Assembly (NCBI GenBank): GCA_038727135.1
Contig: JAVYWL010000004.1
Span: forward strand, 64,001-128,000
Direction of reading: 5' to 3'
Source: Candidatus Bathyarchaeia archaeon
Lineage (GTDB): Archaea > Thermoproteota > Bathyarchaeia > Bathyarchaeales > Bathycorpusculaceae
DNA length: 64,000 bases
Shown: positions 49,967 through 60,193 of the stretch, one piece after another
Numbering within the stretch: position 1 is the first letter of the stretch
Layout of the letters: each line of letters opens with the position of its first letter
Notes under the pieces: model-generated
Told to the model about the DNA's origin: nothing
The model's database searches: none
Seen by the model: the letters and a program-made list of their open reading frames with translations, nothing else
Made by a program: the position numbers and the translations under genes

Positions 49967-51874
49967 TTAAGTCACTTTGCTTCTCTTTCTAAGGATTAGA
50001 ACTGCAGTGGCTACCACGATTACAACGACTATTACCGCCGCAACTACGTAGGGCGTGATGTCTGGTTTTTGCGCAGGCGTCACAACTTCTTCGCTTGGAA
50101 CGTATCTGAAGAAGTATGGGTTTGCTCTTAGAAGCCACCACTCGTTTGGTTGGTGTCCTGCGATTACGTAGGGTCCCGAGCATGTGAGATTGCCCGTTGT
50201 TACATATTCTCCTTGTTCTTCAACTTGTTCTGGTGGTATGTTTTCCCACACATGTTTTGGTATTATTGGGACGAATCCGACCATGTCGAGGAACCATATG
50301 GATTCGACGCTAAAGTAGATGATTACGGTATGTGGGTCTGGGGTCTCTATGTGTGGTGTGTCTGTATCTATGTCATCAATCATTTCAACGTATGGATAAA
50401 ATGTGCTTCCCGCAGCGTCATACATGTATTTCATGGTAAACGCCACATCTTCCGAAGTTAACGGTATGCCATCGGACCATGTGAGGTTTTCAAAGAGATG
50501 GAATGTTATTTTTGTCGCGTTTTTTCCCTCATTGTCCCATTTTTCTATAGTCCAGTCTTTTGCAAAGTATGGAATGTGTTCTCCCGTGAATGGATCTCTT
50601 AAAACTAATGTGCCATAGAGCGCGCTTGCAAGGAACATGTCCCATGTAGAGTATTGCGTCACCGGGTTTACGTGGTCAAGTTCCGAAAGCATTCCAAATC
50701 TTAAAACACCGCCCCTTAAAACGTCATCTGGATGTGCGTTCAAGAAGGTCCACCAATCAGAGACGCCTGCCGTGACGACGGCAAATTTCACATTGGGGAA
50801 GCCTTTCCACGGCATGTCCCAGTAAGCTTCTTCGCCTGACCAGTGTCCATATTTGGCTCTGTAGGCTGTTGCTCCAGCTGAGTGGTACACTGGGATTAGG
50901 GGCACTTGGTCCATCATTATTGCTAGGGCTTGTTTAAATGCGTATTTTGCCGTTTCGATGTCTGGTGCGTACTTAAATTGTGTAATCCAGTAATCGTATG
51001 TTTCATTCATGAAGAATACGTTGTTCCAAGCCCAGTCTATGTTGGGATCTGCAAATTGGCTGTGCCAGTAGTCATAGAAGAACAGTAGGTTGTTGTAGGG
51101 TCCCAACCCCTCTGTGTATATGTGGTAATCATAGGGCATGCAATAAGCGTGATCCCAGCATACTTCCTTGTCAACCACAAACATGTGTACGGGAATTCCT
51201 ACTTTTTCTAATTCAGCTGCATGCATCATCCCCAAAGCCGCCCTAAGTGGGTCATCCTCTCTCGCATAATATTTTAGCTCCGGCAAATCGAAGATGGTCC
51301 CATTTGGAGCTTTCCACTCTAACCAATCGTCAGAAGGATCCCAATTGTCGTAGCCAGCATCCTTAAGTATTTGAACAGCAGCATCTGGATTATACCAGTA
51401 TTTCGGAGCATCTGGATTATACCAGTCAGACCATTCTGGCTCGGACCATACCATGCTGTCCATCAACTCGCCAGCAAAAGCACGCAACACATTCGTGTAA
51501 AAGTCTTCGTATGGAACAAGGTAGGCTATGGCTTTCCTAAAGCGGTAATCACTGGTCGGCCATCTCAGACAGTTTAAGTCGAGGGGGTAGCTGTCCCACA
51601 TAGTTAACGGTTCTATAACAAAGTTGGGATCATTTTTCAATTCTTGCCAACTTTCATAGGTCAAAGGCCAATCCATAACATCGATCTGACCTTGTTTAAA
51701 CGCTTGATACTCTTGGTCATACCCTTGATAAATTATTAATTGAAGATGATTGACTCTCGGCCCCCGTATTTCAACGGTTTCTTCCTCGGCTTGAGTTGAA
51801 ATCGGAGTTAAGCTTAAGAGCAAAACTGCCAGCATCAAAATTAAAGCCATTTGCCTATAACAATCTTTATACAT
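49967..51874 (-). CDS. oppA: Peptide ABC substrate-binding protein with C-terminal TM anchor
   Basis: Signal peptide after ATG 51874; FRKAIAY, WSDGIPLTSEDVAFT, SGPY; TM then RKR. Confidence 0.88.
   Translation of the reverse strand: MYKDCYRQMALILMLAVLLLSLTPISTQAEEETVEIRGPRVNHLQLIIYQGYDQEYQAFKQGQIDVMDWPLTYESWQELKNDPNFVIEPLTMWDSYPLDLNCLRWPTSDYRFRKAIAYLVPYEDFYTNVLRAFAGELMDSMVWSEPEWSDWYNPDAPKYWYNPDAAVQILKDAGYDNWDPSDDWLEWKAPNGTIFDLPELKYYAREDDPLRAALGMMHAAELEKVGIPVHMFVVDKEVCWDHAYCMPYDYHIYTEGLGPYNNLLFFYDYWHSQFADPNIDWAWNNVFFMNETYDYWITQFKYAPDIETAKYAFKQALAIMMDQVPLIPVYHSAGATAYRAKYGHWSGEEAYWDMPWKGFPNVKFAVVTAGVSDWWTFLNAHPDDVLRGGVLRFGMLSELDHVNPVTQYSTWDMFLASALYGTLVLRDPFTGEHIPYFAKDWTIEKWDNEGKNATKITFHLFENLTWSDGIPLTSEDVAFTMKYMYDAAGSTFYPYVEMIDDIDTDTPHIETPDPHTVIIYFSVESIWFLDMVGFVPIIPKHVWENIPPEQVEEQGEYVTTGNLTCSGPYVIAGHQPNEWWLLRANPYFFRYVPSEEVVTPAQKPDITPYVVAAVIVVVIVVATAVLILRKRSKVT
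51380..51426. repeat. 20-bp direct repeat (27-bp period) inside oppA
   Basis: AGCATCTGGATTATACCAGT at 51380 and 51407, encoding WYNPDA twice. Confidence 0.85.
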
Positions 51875-51980
51875 TTTCCTTCCTCTTCGACGGAATTGTT
51901 TGTTTTTTAAGTTAAAAGTTAATTTAAGTTTTATGGAAACTAAAAGGAAATAGGCGCCATGTTGTATACTCTCTCCGAAT

Positions 51981-52553
51981 TTATTCTGGTTTCTCCCAGA
52001 GTTCCAGCATTCCTTTTTTAAGTTCTCTGCGTTTTCTGTGGAGGAATTTGTAGACTGTTGCGTGCTGTCGTCCTTCAATCAGCATTTGGATGGCTTCTCT
52101 AGCCACTTGGGCATTTTCGATTTTTCCGATGATGCTTACGGTGTGTCCGTAAACAGCTATGTTTGTATCCGTTAACTCTTCTATTATTCTTCTTGTTTTG
52201 CCGTCCATGCCAATTATTCGACCTTTTACACGTCTTATGTCTGATTCTGATCTTCCGAAGATTATTCGTAAATCTATAATGTCTAGGACGGCTTCTTCGT
52301 CTTGAATTAGTTTGAAGGCGTGTTCTGGTGAGAAGCCTCTACCTATGGCGGTTACGACATCTTTGGCTCTCAGAAGGACAGATGGATCTTCGGCGTTTTC
52401 AGCCAGCGTTATTGTTACGCCGCCGGTGTCGCTTTCTATTTGAAGTTCAACTGAAAGCGTTTTTTCAATAGCCCTTTTAGTCTCTCCTTTAGGGCCTATC
52501 AGCACGCCGACGCGTTCCTTAGGGATTCTCACAAAAGTGCTAGGCTGGGCCAA
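51981..52553 (-). CDS. KH-domain pre-rRNA processing protein (Dim2/Pno1)
   Basis: GVLIGPKG, AIGRGF, GRIIGMDG; probable TTG start. Confidence 0.92.
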   Translation of the reverse strand: MAQPSTFVRIPKERVGVLIGPKGETKRAIEKTLSVELQIESDTGGVTITLAENAEDPSVLLRAKDVVTAIGRGFSPEHAFKLIQDEEAVLDIIDLRIIFGRSESDIRRVKGRIIGMDGKTRRIIEELTDTNIAVYGHTVSIIGKIENAQVAREAIQMLIEGRQHATVYKFLHRKRRELKKGMLELWEKPE

Positions 52554-53337
52554 TTCCAGTAACCATCCTATAAAACTCGTTTGGCGGGAGAACTTCAATG
52601 CCTAAGCGGCTGAAAAATCTGTTAATGTTGGCTATGTCTCTGTTTAGGAGGAAGTCAGCCATCGGGTGGGATAATGGGACAGCTTGCGACATGTCGAAGA
52701 GCACTGGTCGTCCTTTCCAAATCATAATGTTGTATTCACTTAAGTCGCCATGGACAAGTTCTGCCTTTTGGTAGAGACGCTTAAGATAAGTTATAAGCAT
52801 TTTATAAATTCGCTCTGGGTTTTCTGGAGGCTGCTCCTTCATAGATGGTGCGCTTATGCCGTTTTTTCCAATAAACTCCATTATGAGGACGTTGTTTCTC
52901 ACGGCTATGGGTTTTGGCACCCTAACCTTTGCGGCTAACGCTTGCTCAAGGTTTTTAAACTCTTTCTGAGCCCATGCGAAGATTAACGAGCGAGTGTCAC
53001 GTTTCACATTTTTAAACCTTGGATCGCCCTCTATGTATTTTAGCATTCCCTTTCTGAATTCAGCTGAAACCGTTAGGTAGATTTTTATTGCCAGCTCATT
53101 TCCAGCCTTGTCCTTTCCCCAGTAGACGCGGGACTCTTTTCCAGCCTTTACAACGCCATAGATTCTGTCTATGATACCGCTGTTCATGAAGTCGTATATG
53201 ACCATGAGGGTTGAGCGGTCAAAAACTTCCTCTAAAACTTCGTATTCTTCGCTTCTCTTCTCCTTCATCAGCTGTTCAATTTCGTATTCCTTCTCCTCTT
53301 CATGGAGCTTTTTCTCAACACGTTCTCGAAAAGCCAA
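52540..53337 (-). CDS. rio1: RIO1 serine kinase
   Basis: AGKESRVY, VHGDLSEYN, FDMSQ. Confidence 0.95.
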   Translation of the reverse strand: MAFRERVEKKLHEEEKEYEIEQLMKEKRSEEYEVLEEVFDRSTLMVIYDFMNSGIIDRIYGVVKAGKESRVYWGKDKAGNELAIKIYLTVSAEFRKGMLKYIEGDPRFKNVKRDTRSLIFAWAQKEFKNLEQALAAKVRVPKPIAVRNNVLIMEFIGKNGISAPSMKEQPPENPERIYKMLITYLKRLYQKAELVHGDLSEYNIMIWKGRPVLFDMSQAVPLSHPMADFLLNRDIANINRFFSRLGIEVLPPNEFYRMVTGIGPA

Positions 53338-53353
53338 ACCTACGCTTCACATC

Positions 53354-53659
53354 CTAAATTGTCAAATAACCCTTCTTGCGGAGCCATTCCGCTTGTGCAT
53401 GGGTATAACGCCAAATCACATCTCCACGGATGTTAGACTGGAAATCCCATGGGGAGACTAGGACAACGTCTCCTTCGCGAATCCAAACCCGTCTCTTCAT
53501 CTTACCCCTTATCCGGCATAACCGCTCATTTCCATCCTGACACTTAACAAGTACACGATCAAAGCCGAGAAGTTTAACGGCTACGCCTAAAACATCGTTC
53601 CCGGATGGTAGCACCATCTCGCTTAATTCTTCCTCGCTTATGACCTTCTTCTTTCCCAA
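53354..53659 (-). CDS. eif1a: Translation initiation factor 1A
   Basis: RIRGKMKRRVWIREGD. Confidence 0.96.
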   Translation of the reverse strand: MGKKKVISEEELSEMVLPSGNDVLGVAVKLLGFDRVLVKCQDGNERLCRIRGKMKRRVWIREGDVVLVSPWDFQSNIRGDVIWRYTHAQAEWLRKKGYLTI

Positions 53660-53755
53660 TCAGGCACCTCAAAGCATTAGCCTTAAACGCTTCTCTTATA
53701 AAGAGACACTCTTCTCCCTTAAAAGCATGTATGCTTAATGTAAAGCCTAGAAAAT

Positions 53756-54052
53756 CTAAAGCTTCACTATCTGCGCGTGCGGCACTCCCTCTATATTTAG
53801 GATAGCCTCTGGGTGGACGTAGCCCTTTTCAACAGCCTTCTGCACAATGTTTTTTCCAACCATGTTAACAATAGTTGAGTTTTCTATCATGGCTATGGCT
53901 TCTTCAAGCTCCACCTCTGCACCCTTGTAAAACTCTTCTGTTACATGAAAGACCATTTTCCCTTCGCGCAGTGTTTTTCCGAGAATTTCGGCATCGCAGA
54001 TGGACAACAATACGTTGTTGCCGATTTTTCGGATTTTCATGTAGCACTTCAA
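53756..54052 (-). CDS. DUF424 family protein
   Basis: ICDAEILGK, FYKG, GVPHAQ. Confidence 0.88.
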   Translation of the reverse strand: MKCYMKIRKIGNNVLLSICDAEILGKTLREGKMVFHVTEEFYKGAEVELEEAIAMIENSTIVNMVGKNIVQKAVEKGYVHPEAILNIEGVPHAQIVKL

Positions 54053-54066
54053 CTTTCAGACGCTCT

Positions 54067-54492
54067 TTATAAGTGTCTGACGGAGGACTTTGCGCCGCAA
54101 GCTTCGCAAACGAGGAAGGATAGGCGCTTTTCCTTCACAATTTTTGTGTCTGGACGCTTGCAAACTGGACACGTAACAAAGGTTTCCATGTATCGCTGTA
54201 GGAGCCTCTCTATGGTTTCTCTTGGAAACTTGCCTTGAAAAATAACCCGTGACTCTTGCGTTATCGCCGCCGTCGCCAACTCTCCCGTCAGAAACTTTAA
54301 AATGTGCTGGGGGTCTCGGTTCAACGTTTCAGCAATCTCTTTAAAATTGTGCACTATTGTACGCATGCCCACAACCGTGTAATGGAGACTTGGAATTTCC
54401 AGCCTCTCCCGTTTTGAAGTCACTTCCGGAAGTTGGGAACGCGCCCTTTTAAGCAGCGCTTCATAGTCATATTTCATTGGCGGATGCTCCAA
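54067..54492 (-). CDS. eif2b: Translation initiation factor 2 beta
   Basis: LNRDPQH, CPVCKRPDT, CEACGA. Confidence 0.96.
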   Translation of the reverse strand: MEHPPMKYDYEALLKRARSQLPEVTSKRERLEIPSLHYTVVGMRTIVHNFKEIAETLNRDPQHILKFLTGELATAAITQESRVIFQGKFPRETIERLLQRYMETFVTCPVCKRPDTKIVKEKRLSFLVCEACGAKSSVRHL

Positions 54493-54565
54493 GAAACATG
54501 AAAGGAATCATTCTATTTAAAACTTAATACGCCAAAACAATGAAACATAATGGAAGGGAAATTGT

Positions 54566-55078
54566 TTGGGCTACATCTACCTTTACACCGGAACCGGTGC
54601 CGGAAAGACAACAAACGCTTTAGGTTTAGCCTTACGTTCCATCGGTCATAAGCATAGGGTGGTTATAATTCAGTTCTTGAAATGGTGGAAAAACACTGGA
54701 GAATACAAGATTAGGAAGATGCTTGCACCTTATTATGAGATTTACCAGTTTGGCCGCAAGGGGTGGCATGGGCTAAGCAATCTAGGTGAAGAAGACAAGA
54801 AACTGGCTAAGAAAGCGTTAAAATTTGCAGAAAAAATTGTTAAGGAGAAAAAGCCCCACTTGCTTGTCTTGGACGAGATTAATTTGGCACTGCACTGCAA
54901 ACTTCTAGACGTAAAAGAGGTTTTGGAATTTTTGGACAAAATTCCAAAGAGAACAGATGTTGTGCTGACAGGGCGGTATGCCCCAAAAGAGTTGATTGAT
55001 AGAGCCGAGTTTGTAAACGAGATTGTTGACATTAAGCATCCAGCCGAAATGGTTACAACAAAGGGCATACAATACTGA
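54566..55078 (+). CDS. cobO: Cob(I)alamin adenosyltransferase (CobO/BtuR)
   Basis: YTGTGAGKTT, QFLK, LDEIN, LTGR. Confidence 0.92.
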   Translation: MGYIYLYTGTGAGKTTNALGLALRSIGHKHRVVIIQFLKWWKNTGEYKIRKMLAPYYEIYQFGRKGWHGLSNLGEEDKKLAKKALKFAEKIVKEKKPHLLVLDEINLALHCKLLDVKEVLEFLDKIPKRTDVVLTGRYAPKELIDRAEFVNEIVDIKHPAEMVTTKGIQY

Positions 55079-55092
55079 AATTGGCGTGAGGC

Positions 55093-55869
55093 TTGAGATT
55101 GGTCAGAGAAGATGAGCCAATTTTTACACCGCAAGATTTTATCCGCTATGTAGCGGAGGTTAAAAAGCTTCCCATAAGCGTAATAAAAGTCCCGGAACGC
55201 CTTTTAATCACGTACCAGAGAAGCGCATACGAATATGCAAAGTCCCTTATCAACGGCAAACCCCTCGAATGGTGGATTTATGGAGAAAACCAGCCCTTCT
55301 CTGTGGGAAAATTTAACAATGTGGAAGTTGGGTTGGGACGTTTCTGGATTGGCGCACCAGCCGCCGCAACAACATTAGAAGAGGTGATTGCTTGTGGTGC
55401 AAAGGAAATATTCGAGGTTGGGTTATCTGGGGGCTTGCAGCAGTTCCTAAAACCAGGAGACATTATTGTAGTGACCGAGGCAATACGGGATGAAGGGACA
55501 TCACATCACTATTTTCCGCCTGAAGTGAAAGTTGAGTCCTCTGAAGATTTGAGGAATAGGCTGCTCAAGCAGCTAAACGCGGATGGTGTCAAATACTATT
55601 GTGGCACAGTTTGGTCAACGGACGGTGTTTATAGGGAGACCCGCAGAAAATTCCTCAAATTTAAGAGGACCGGTGTTTTGGCCGTAAACATGGAAACGTC
55701 AGCCATCTTTGCAGTTTCAAAATACCGAGGCGTTAAGGCAGCCTCTGTGCAGGTCATATCGGATGTTTTATCTGAAACCGGCTGGCTTCCAGCCTTCGAG
55801 CATGAAACGGTTAAAGATAGTGTAAAAATTGCAATTAACGCTGTTTTGAAGACGCTTTCAAAAAGTTGA
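55093..55869 (+). CDS. Purine/uridine nucleoside phosphorylase family
   Basis: IGAP, RDEGTSHHY, STDGVYRET, NMET. Confidence 0.9.
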   Translation: MRLVREDEPIFTPQDFIRYVAEVKKLPISVIKVPERLLITYQRSAYEYAKSLINGKPLEWWIYGENQPFSVGKFNNVEVGLGRFWIGAPAAATTLEEVIACGAKEIFEVGLSGGLQQFLKPGDIIVVTEAIRDEGTSHHYFPPEVKVESSEDLRNRLLKQLNADGVKYYCGTVWSTDGVYRETRRKFLKFKRTGVLAVNMETSAIFAVSKYRGVKAASVQVISDVLSETGWLPAFEHETVKDSVKIAINAVLKTLSKS

Positions 55870-55928
55870 TTGAAAAGCTTAAAGAGTGCTCAGTAGGTTA
55901 GTGTTTAATTCTCAATGGTGGAAAACGC

Positions 55929-57326
55929 TTGAAGAGGAAAGGTCACCCGTATATTCCAAACTCTAACCCGGAAATCAAGAAAGAGCTAATGAAGGAAATA
56001 GGCATAAAAAACATCGAGGAACTTTATGCAGACATCCCAGAAAAATATCTTCTCAAAAAACCGCTAAACCTTCCTGAAGCCCTATCGGAATATGAGGTTA
56101 GAAGGCATGTCGAAACTTTGCTATCAAAGAACAAGACATGCGAAGATATGCCAGTTTTCCTCGGTGCTGGATGCTGGCCTCATTATGTGCCAGCCGCGGT
56201 AAAAGAAATAGTTCAAAGAAGCGAGTTCCTAACTTCTTACACGCCTTATCAGCCTGAAATTTCGCAGGGCATGCTTCAAGCCCTTTTTGAGTATCAGAGT
56301 ATGATTTGCGAATTAACAGCCATGGATGTTGCCAACTGCTCTATGTATGATTGGGCTTCAGCCCTAGGCGAAGCAGCCCGCATGGCTTCAAGAGTAACTA
56401 GGCGAAACGAGATACTGGTTCCAAGGATTATCCATCCAGAAAGGAGGGTGACCCTTCAGACCTATACTGAACCAGCCGACATAAGCATAAGGGAGATAGC
56501 CTACAACCCCGAAACTGGACAACTAGACCTGAAAGATTTGGAAAACAAAATCTCCAGTAAAACAGCCGCCATTTACATAGAAAACCCATCTTATTTTGGA
56601 TTTATTGAAGAGCATGTTGACGAGATAGGCAGTATAGCTCACAAGCATGGCGCCCTCTTCATTGTTGGTGTTGACCCAACATCCCTAGGAATCTTTAAGC
56701 CTCCAGGCGAGTATGGCGCAGACATGGTGGTCGGCGAGGCTCAGCCCCTCGGAAACCCAATGAATTTCGGCGGCCCCCTTTTGGGCATTTTTGCATGTCG
56801 TGATGACTTGAACCTTGTTAGGCAAATGCCCGGGCGCATCATAGGCCTAACAACAACCACAGATGGGGGCAAGCATGGGTTCTGTATGGTTTTGCAAACT
56901 CGTGAACAGCATATCAGAAGAGAGAAGGCCACCTCAAACATATGCTCTAATGAAGCCTTGTGTGCTTTGGCTTCAGCTGTTTATATGGCTCTGCTGGGAC
57001 CTCAAGGCTTGAGGGAGCTTGGCGAAACGATAATGTATAGAGCCAATTATGCCATACGCCTCCTTTCAAGTATAAAGGGCATAAGAGCCCCACTCTTCAA
57101 ATCCCTGCACTTCAAGGAGTTCACCGTAAACTTTGATGATGCTGGCTTAAGCGTTAAAGACGTCAATCAGAAGCTTCTGAGCATTGGGGTCCACGGGGGC
57201 AAGGACATTTCAAAAGAGTTTCCAGAACTTGGCCAAACAGCCCTGTACTGCGTGACCGAAATTCATTCCAAAGAGGATATAGACCTTCTTGCAAAATCGC
57301 TTGAGAAAATCATCAAAAAGAGGTGA
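55929..57326 (+). CDS. gcvPA: Glycine cleavage P protein subunit A
   Basis: YTPYQPEISQG, REQHIRREKATSNICSN. Confidence 0.97.
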   Translation: MKRKGHPYIPNSNPEIKKELMKEIGIKNIEELYADIPEKYLLKKPLNLPEALSEYEVRRHVETLLSKNKTCEDMPVFLGAGCWPHYVPAAVKEIVQRSEFLTSYTPYQPEISQGMLQALFEYQSMICELTAMDVANCSMYDWASALGEAARMASRVTRRNEILVPRIIHPERRVTLQTYTEPADISIREIAYNPETGQLDLKDLENKISSKTAAIYIENPSYFGFIEEHVDEIGSIAHKHGALFIVGVDPTSLGIFKPPGEYGADMVVGEAQPLGNPMNFGGPLLGIFACRDDLNLVRQMPGRIIGLTTTTDGGKHGFCMVLQTREQHIRREKATSNICSNEALCALASAVYMALLGPQGLRELGETIMYRANYAIRLLSSIKGIRAPLFKSLHFKEFTVNFDDAGLSVKDVNQKLLSIGVHGGKDISKEFPELGQTALYCVTEIHSKEDIDLLAKSLEKIIKKR

Positions 57327-57332
57327 AAATAG

Positions 57333-58865
57333 ATGTTTAGGCAAGCTCGATGGGATGAACCAATAATTTTTAATCTTAGAAAAGCTGGACGAGTAGGCTA
57401 CACTTTGCCAAGGGTTGAGGAGGATGTTAAAAGGGCTGTCGGCGACTTGTACACGTTGATTCCCGAAAACTTACAAAGGAAAGATGCGCCTAGGCTTCCG
57501 GAGCTTTCGGAGCCTGAGGTTGTTCGCCATTTTATTCGGCTTTCGGAGATGAATTATGGTGTTGATTCTGGGCTTTATCCTCTTGGAAGCTGTACAATGA
57601 AGTATAACCCGAAAATAAACGAGTTTTTGGCTGATTTGCCAAAATTGGGCATGCTCCATCCATATCAGGATGAGAGCACAGTGCAGGGCATCTTGGAAAT
57701 CCTTTATAGGCTTGAGCGTTGGCTTGCTGAAATAACGGGAACAGCTGAAGTCTGTTTGCAGCCGTCCGCCGGCGCGCATGGAGAGTTTTTAGGAGTTTGC
57801 ATAATGCGTGCCTATCATAAGCTGAATGGCGAACTTGAAAGACGGAAAGACGTACTTGTTCCTGATTCTGCTCATGGAACTAATCCGGCAAGTGCGGCTA
57901 TGGCGGGCTTCAATGTTGTTGTAATTCCATCTGACGCGGATGGTTGCGTGGACATAGAAGCCTTGAAAGCGGCTGTTTCTGATAGGACTGCGGGTTTAAT
58001 GCTGACGAACCCGAACACCCTTGGAATATTTGAGAAGAACATTGAGGAGATAGCCAAAATTGTCCACGAGGCTGGCGGCCTCCTCTACTATGATGGGGCA
58101 AACCTAAACCCCATACTTTGCAAGGTTAGGCCTGGCGACATGGGTTTCGACATAGTCCACATAAACATCCACAAGACTTTTGGCACGCCTCATGGTGGTG
58201 GAGGCCCAGGCGCCGGACCAGTAGGCGTTACTGAAGAGTTAGCCAAGTTCCTGCCGGTTCCAAGAATCGTTTTTGATGGTGAACGCTACTGCCTAGACTA
58301 TGATAGGCCCTACAGCATTGGTAAGATTAGGTGCTTTTATGGAAATGTTGCTGTACTGTTGAAGGCTTACGCCTACATTCTCAGTCTTGGACGAGAAGGC
58401 TTAGAGGAGGTTGCAGAAGTCTCTGTTTTGAATGCAAATTATGTTTTGCGAAAGCTTAAGGAAATTGAGGGCTTGGTCCTTCCCTACAACAGCGAGAAGC
58501 CTAGAAAGCATGAGTGTGTTTTTAGTGCCAAGCCGTTGAAGAACAAGACTGGAGTTTCAGCTCTGAACATTGCGAAACGACTATTAGATTATGGGCTTCA
58601 TGCGCCCACGATTTATTTTCCATTAATTGTTGAGGAGGCTCTAATGATTGAACCGACGGAGACCGCTGAAAAGGAGGAGTTAGACCGTTTCATAGAGGCT
58701 ATGCGGGAAATCTGCAAGGAAGCCTATGAAAAAACAGAAGAAGTCTTGAAAGCGCCACACAACACTGCCGTTCAAAGGCTTGACGAGGTTAAGGCTTCCC
58801 ACCCCCAAACGATGGCTTTAAGCTGGCGGATGTACCAGAAGAAACCGGCTGCCAAAAACCCATAA
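57333..58865 (+). CDS. gcvPB: Glycine cleavage P protein subunit B
   Basis: PLGSCTMKYNP, HKTFGTPHGGGGPG. Confidence 0.97.
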   Translation: MFRQARWDEPIIFNLRKAGRVGYTLPRVEEDVKRAVGDLYTLIPENLQRKDAPRLPELSEPEVVRHFIRLSEMNYGVDSGLYPLGSCTMKYNPKINEFLADLPKLGMLHPYQDESTVQGILEILYRLERWLAEITGTAEVCLQPSAGAHGEFLGVCIMRAYHKLNGELERRKDVLVPDSAHGTNPASAAMAGFNVVVIPSDADGCVDIEALKAAVSDRTAGLMLTNPNTLGIFEKNIEEIAKIVHEAGGLLYYDGANLNPILCKVRPGDMGFDIVHINIHKTFGTPHGGGGPGAGPVGVTEELAKFLPVPRIVFDGERYCLDYDRPYSIGKIRCFYGNVAVLLKAYAYILSLGREGLEEVAEVSVLNANYVLRKLKEIEGLVLPYNSEKPRKHECVFSAKPLKNKTGVSALNIAKRLLDYGLHAPTIYFPLIVEEALMIEPTETAEKEELDRFIEAMREICKEAYEKTEEVLKAPHNTAVQRLDEVKASHPQTMALSWRMYQKKPAAKNP

Positions 58866-58904
58866 CCTTTTATACAGTGTCTTCACCTTTATTTCCGAGA
58901 AAAT

Positions 58905-59207
58905 TTGGATGTGTCAAGTTTGAATGAGTTAGAAAGCAAGGTGTATGAAGCTGTTGGCAGGGTTATCGACCCAGAAACTGGCTTAAGCTTTGCTGAGATG
59001 CACATGATTAAAAGCGTTAGGGAAGAGGAGCCTGGCGTTGTTAAGGTCGAGTTTATCCCTTCAAGTCCCTTCTGCCCAATAGCCTTCAAACTAGCCATGG
59101 ACATTAAACGTGAAGCCCTAAAAGTTCCTGGTGTTAAAAAGGCGCTGGTTTATTGCCGCGGGCACATGATGGAACAGCAGATTAACGAGGCAACAAACAA
59201 GGAATAA
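58905..59207 (+). CDS. DUF59/SufT-like Fe-S assembly protein
   Basis: VIDPE, SPFCP. Confidence 0.88.
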   Translation: MDVSSLNELESKVYEAVGRVIDPETGLSFAEMHMIKSVREEEPGVVKVEFIPSSPFCPIAFKLAMDIKREALKVPGVKKALVYCRGHMMEQQINEATNKE

Positions 59208-59250
59208 GCGAACGTTTACCCTATTCTATTGTCCAGCGAGCGTTAGCATC

Positions 59251-60123
59251 ATGCGTGTTAAAGGCGAGCATGAAATATACTGCTGCGGCGCCCGCGTACG
59301 CATTTCAGATAAAGGCATAGAAGTTTTAAGCGAACCAATGATTGATTATTGTCCTCTCCACGAGGCACTTTATGGTACAAAAAAGATTGATGTTGAGGCT
59401 GTGAGGAAAAGTGTTGAAATGAAGATTGCCGGCTTTGGCTTCTGTTGCGGAAACCGCGTCTTCAATGACGAGCCGATTGTGGCTTATGGGGCTTCTGAAA
59501 TGATGCGTGTCTGGCTGGAAAAGGGACTTATTGACTGCGCGGTTATCGTATGCGAGGGCGCTGGAACAGTCATAATTTTCAATGGGAGGCTTGTGCAAGC
59601 CATTGGCGCCCGCCTAACCGGAATAGTGAAGACCTCGCCAATACCCGAAATAATCCGGAAAATCAAAAGTGAAGGCGGGGTGGTTCTTGACGAGGCAACC
59701 GCCTCCATCGACCAAGCGAATGGGGTGAAAAGGGCTTTAGATTTGGGGTTTAGGCGCGTAGCTGTGAGCGTGGCTGGTTTTCAATCGAAGGCGATAAGTG
59801 ACATTAGGAAACTTGAGGCTGAGGCGAAAGCTGACGTTTTAATTTTTTCAGTCTGCAACACATGTGTTAGCAAGGCAGATGTGGAGTACATAGCTAGAGC
59901 TGATGTTGTCTGTGCAAGCGCTTCGAAAATACTTCGAGAGGAAATTGGCAAAAAAGCACTGTTACAGCTGGGTGTGACAATACCTGTTTACGCCTTAACT
60001 GACAAGGGGAAACGCCTTGTTCTGGCTTACTTGGCAGAGTTCAAAGATAGACTCGTCATTTTTAGAACTGGCATGCTTCCCTATGAAGTGGAAGGCAAGG
60101 GACCGCGACTTAAAGACTCTTAA
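59251..60123 (+). CDS. DUF2099 / methanogenesis marker 8-like protein
   Basis: YCPL, FGFC, GASE, VCEGAGT, LVQAIGAR, TSPI, IDQ, CASASK. Confidence 0.82.
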   Translation: MRVKGEHEIYCCGARVRISDKGIEVLSEPMIDYCPLHEALYGTKKIDVEAVRKSVEMKIAGFGFCCGNRVFNDEPIVAYGASEMMRVWLEKGLIDCAVIVCEGAGTVIIFNGRLVQAIGARLTGIVKTSPIPEIIRKIKSEGGVVLDEATASIDQANGVKRALDLGFRRVAVSVAGFQSKAISDIRKLEAEAKADVLIFSVCNTCVSKADVEYIARADVVCASASKILREEIGKKALLQLGVTIPVYALTDKGKRLVLAYLAEFKDRLVIFRTGMLPYEVEGKGPRLKDS

Positions 60124-60193
60124 TTAACCAAAATGCTTAAGTGAAGAGTCGTCGATATGTTCTTGCAACAGATGTAAAGGTGTTGATTTAGGT

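Noticed and set aside
51875-52078. Long N-terminal extensions of the OppA, pilin, PriS and GT4 ORFs in the track
   Set aside because: Artefacts of first-start calling; downstream ATGs fit signal peptides or family starts
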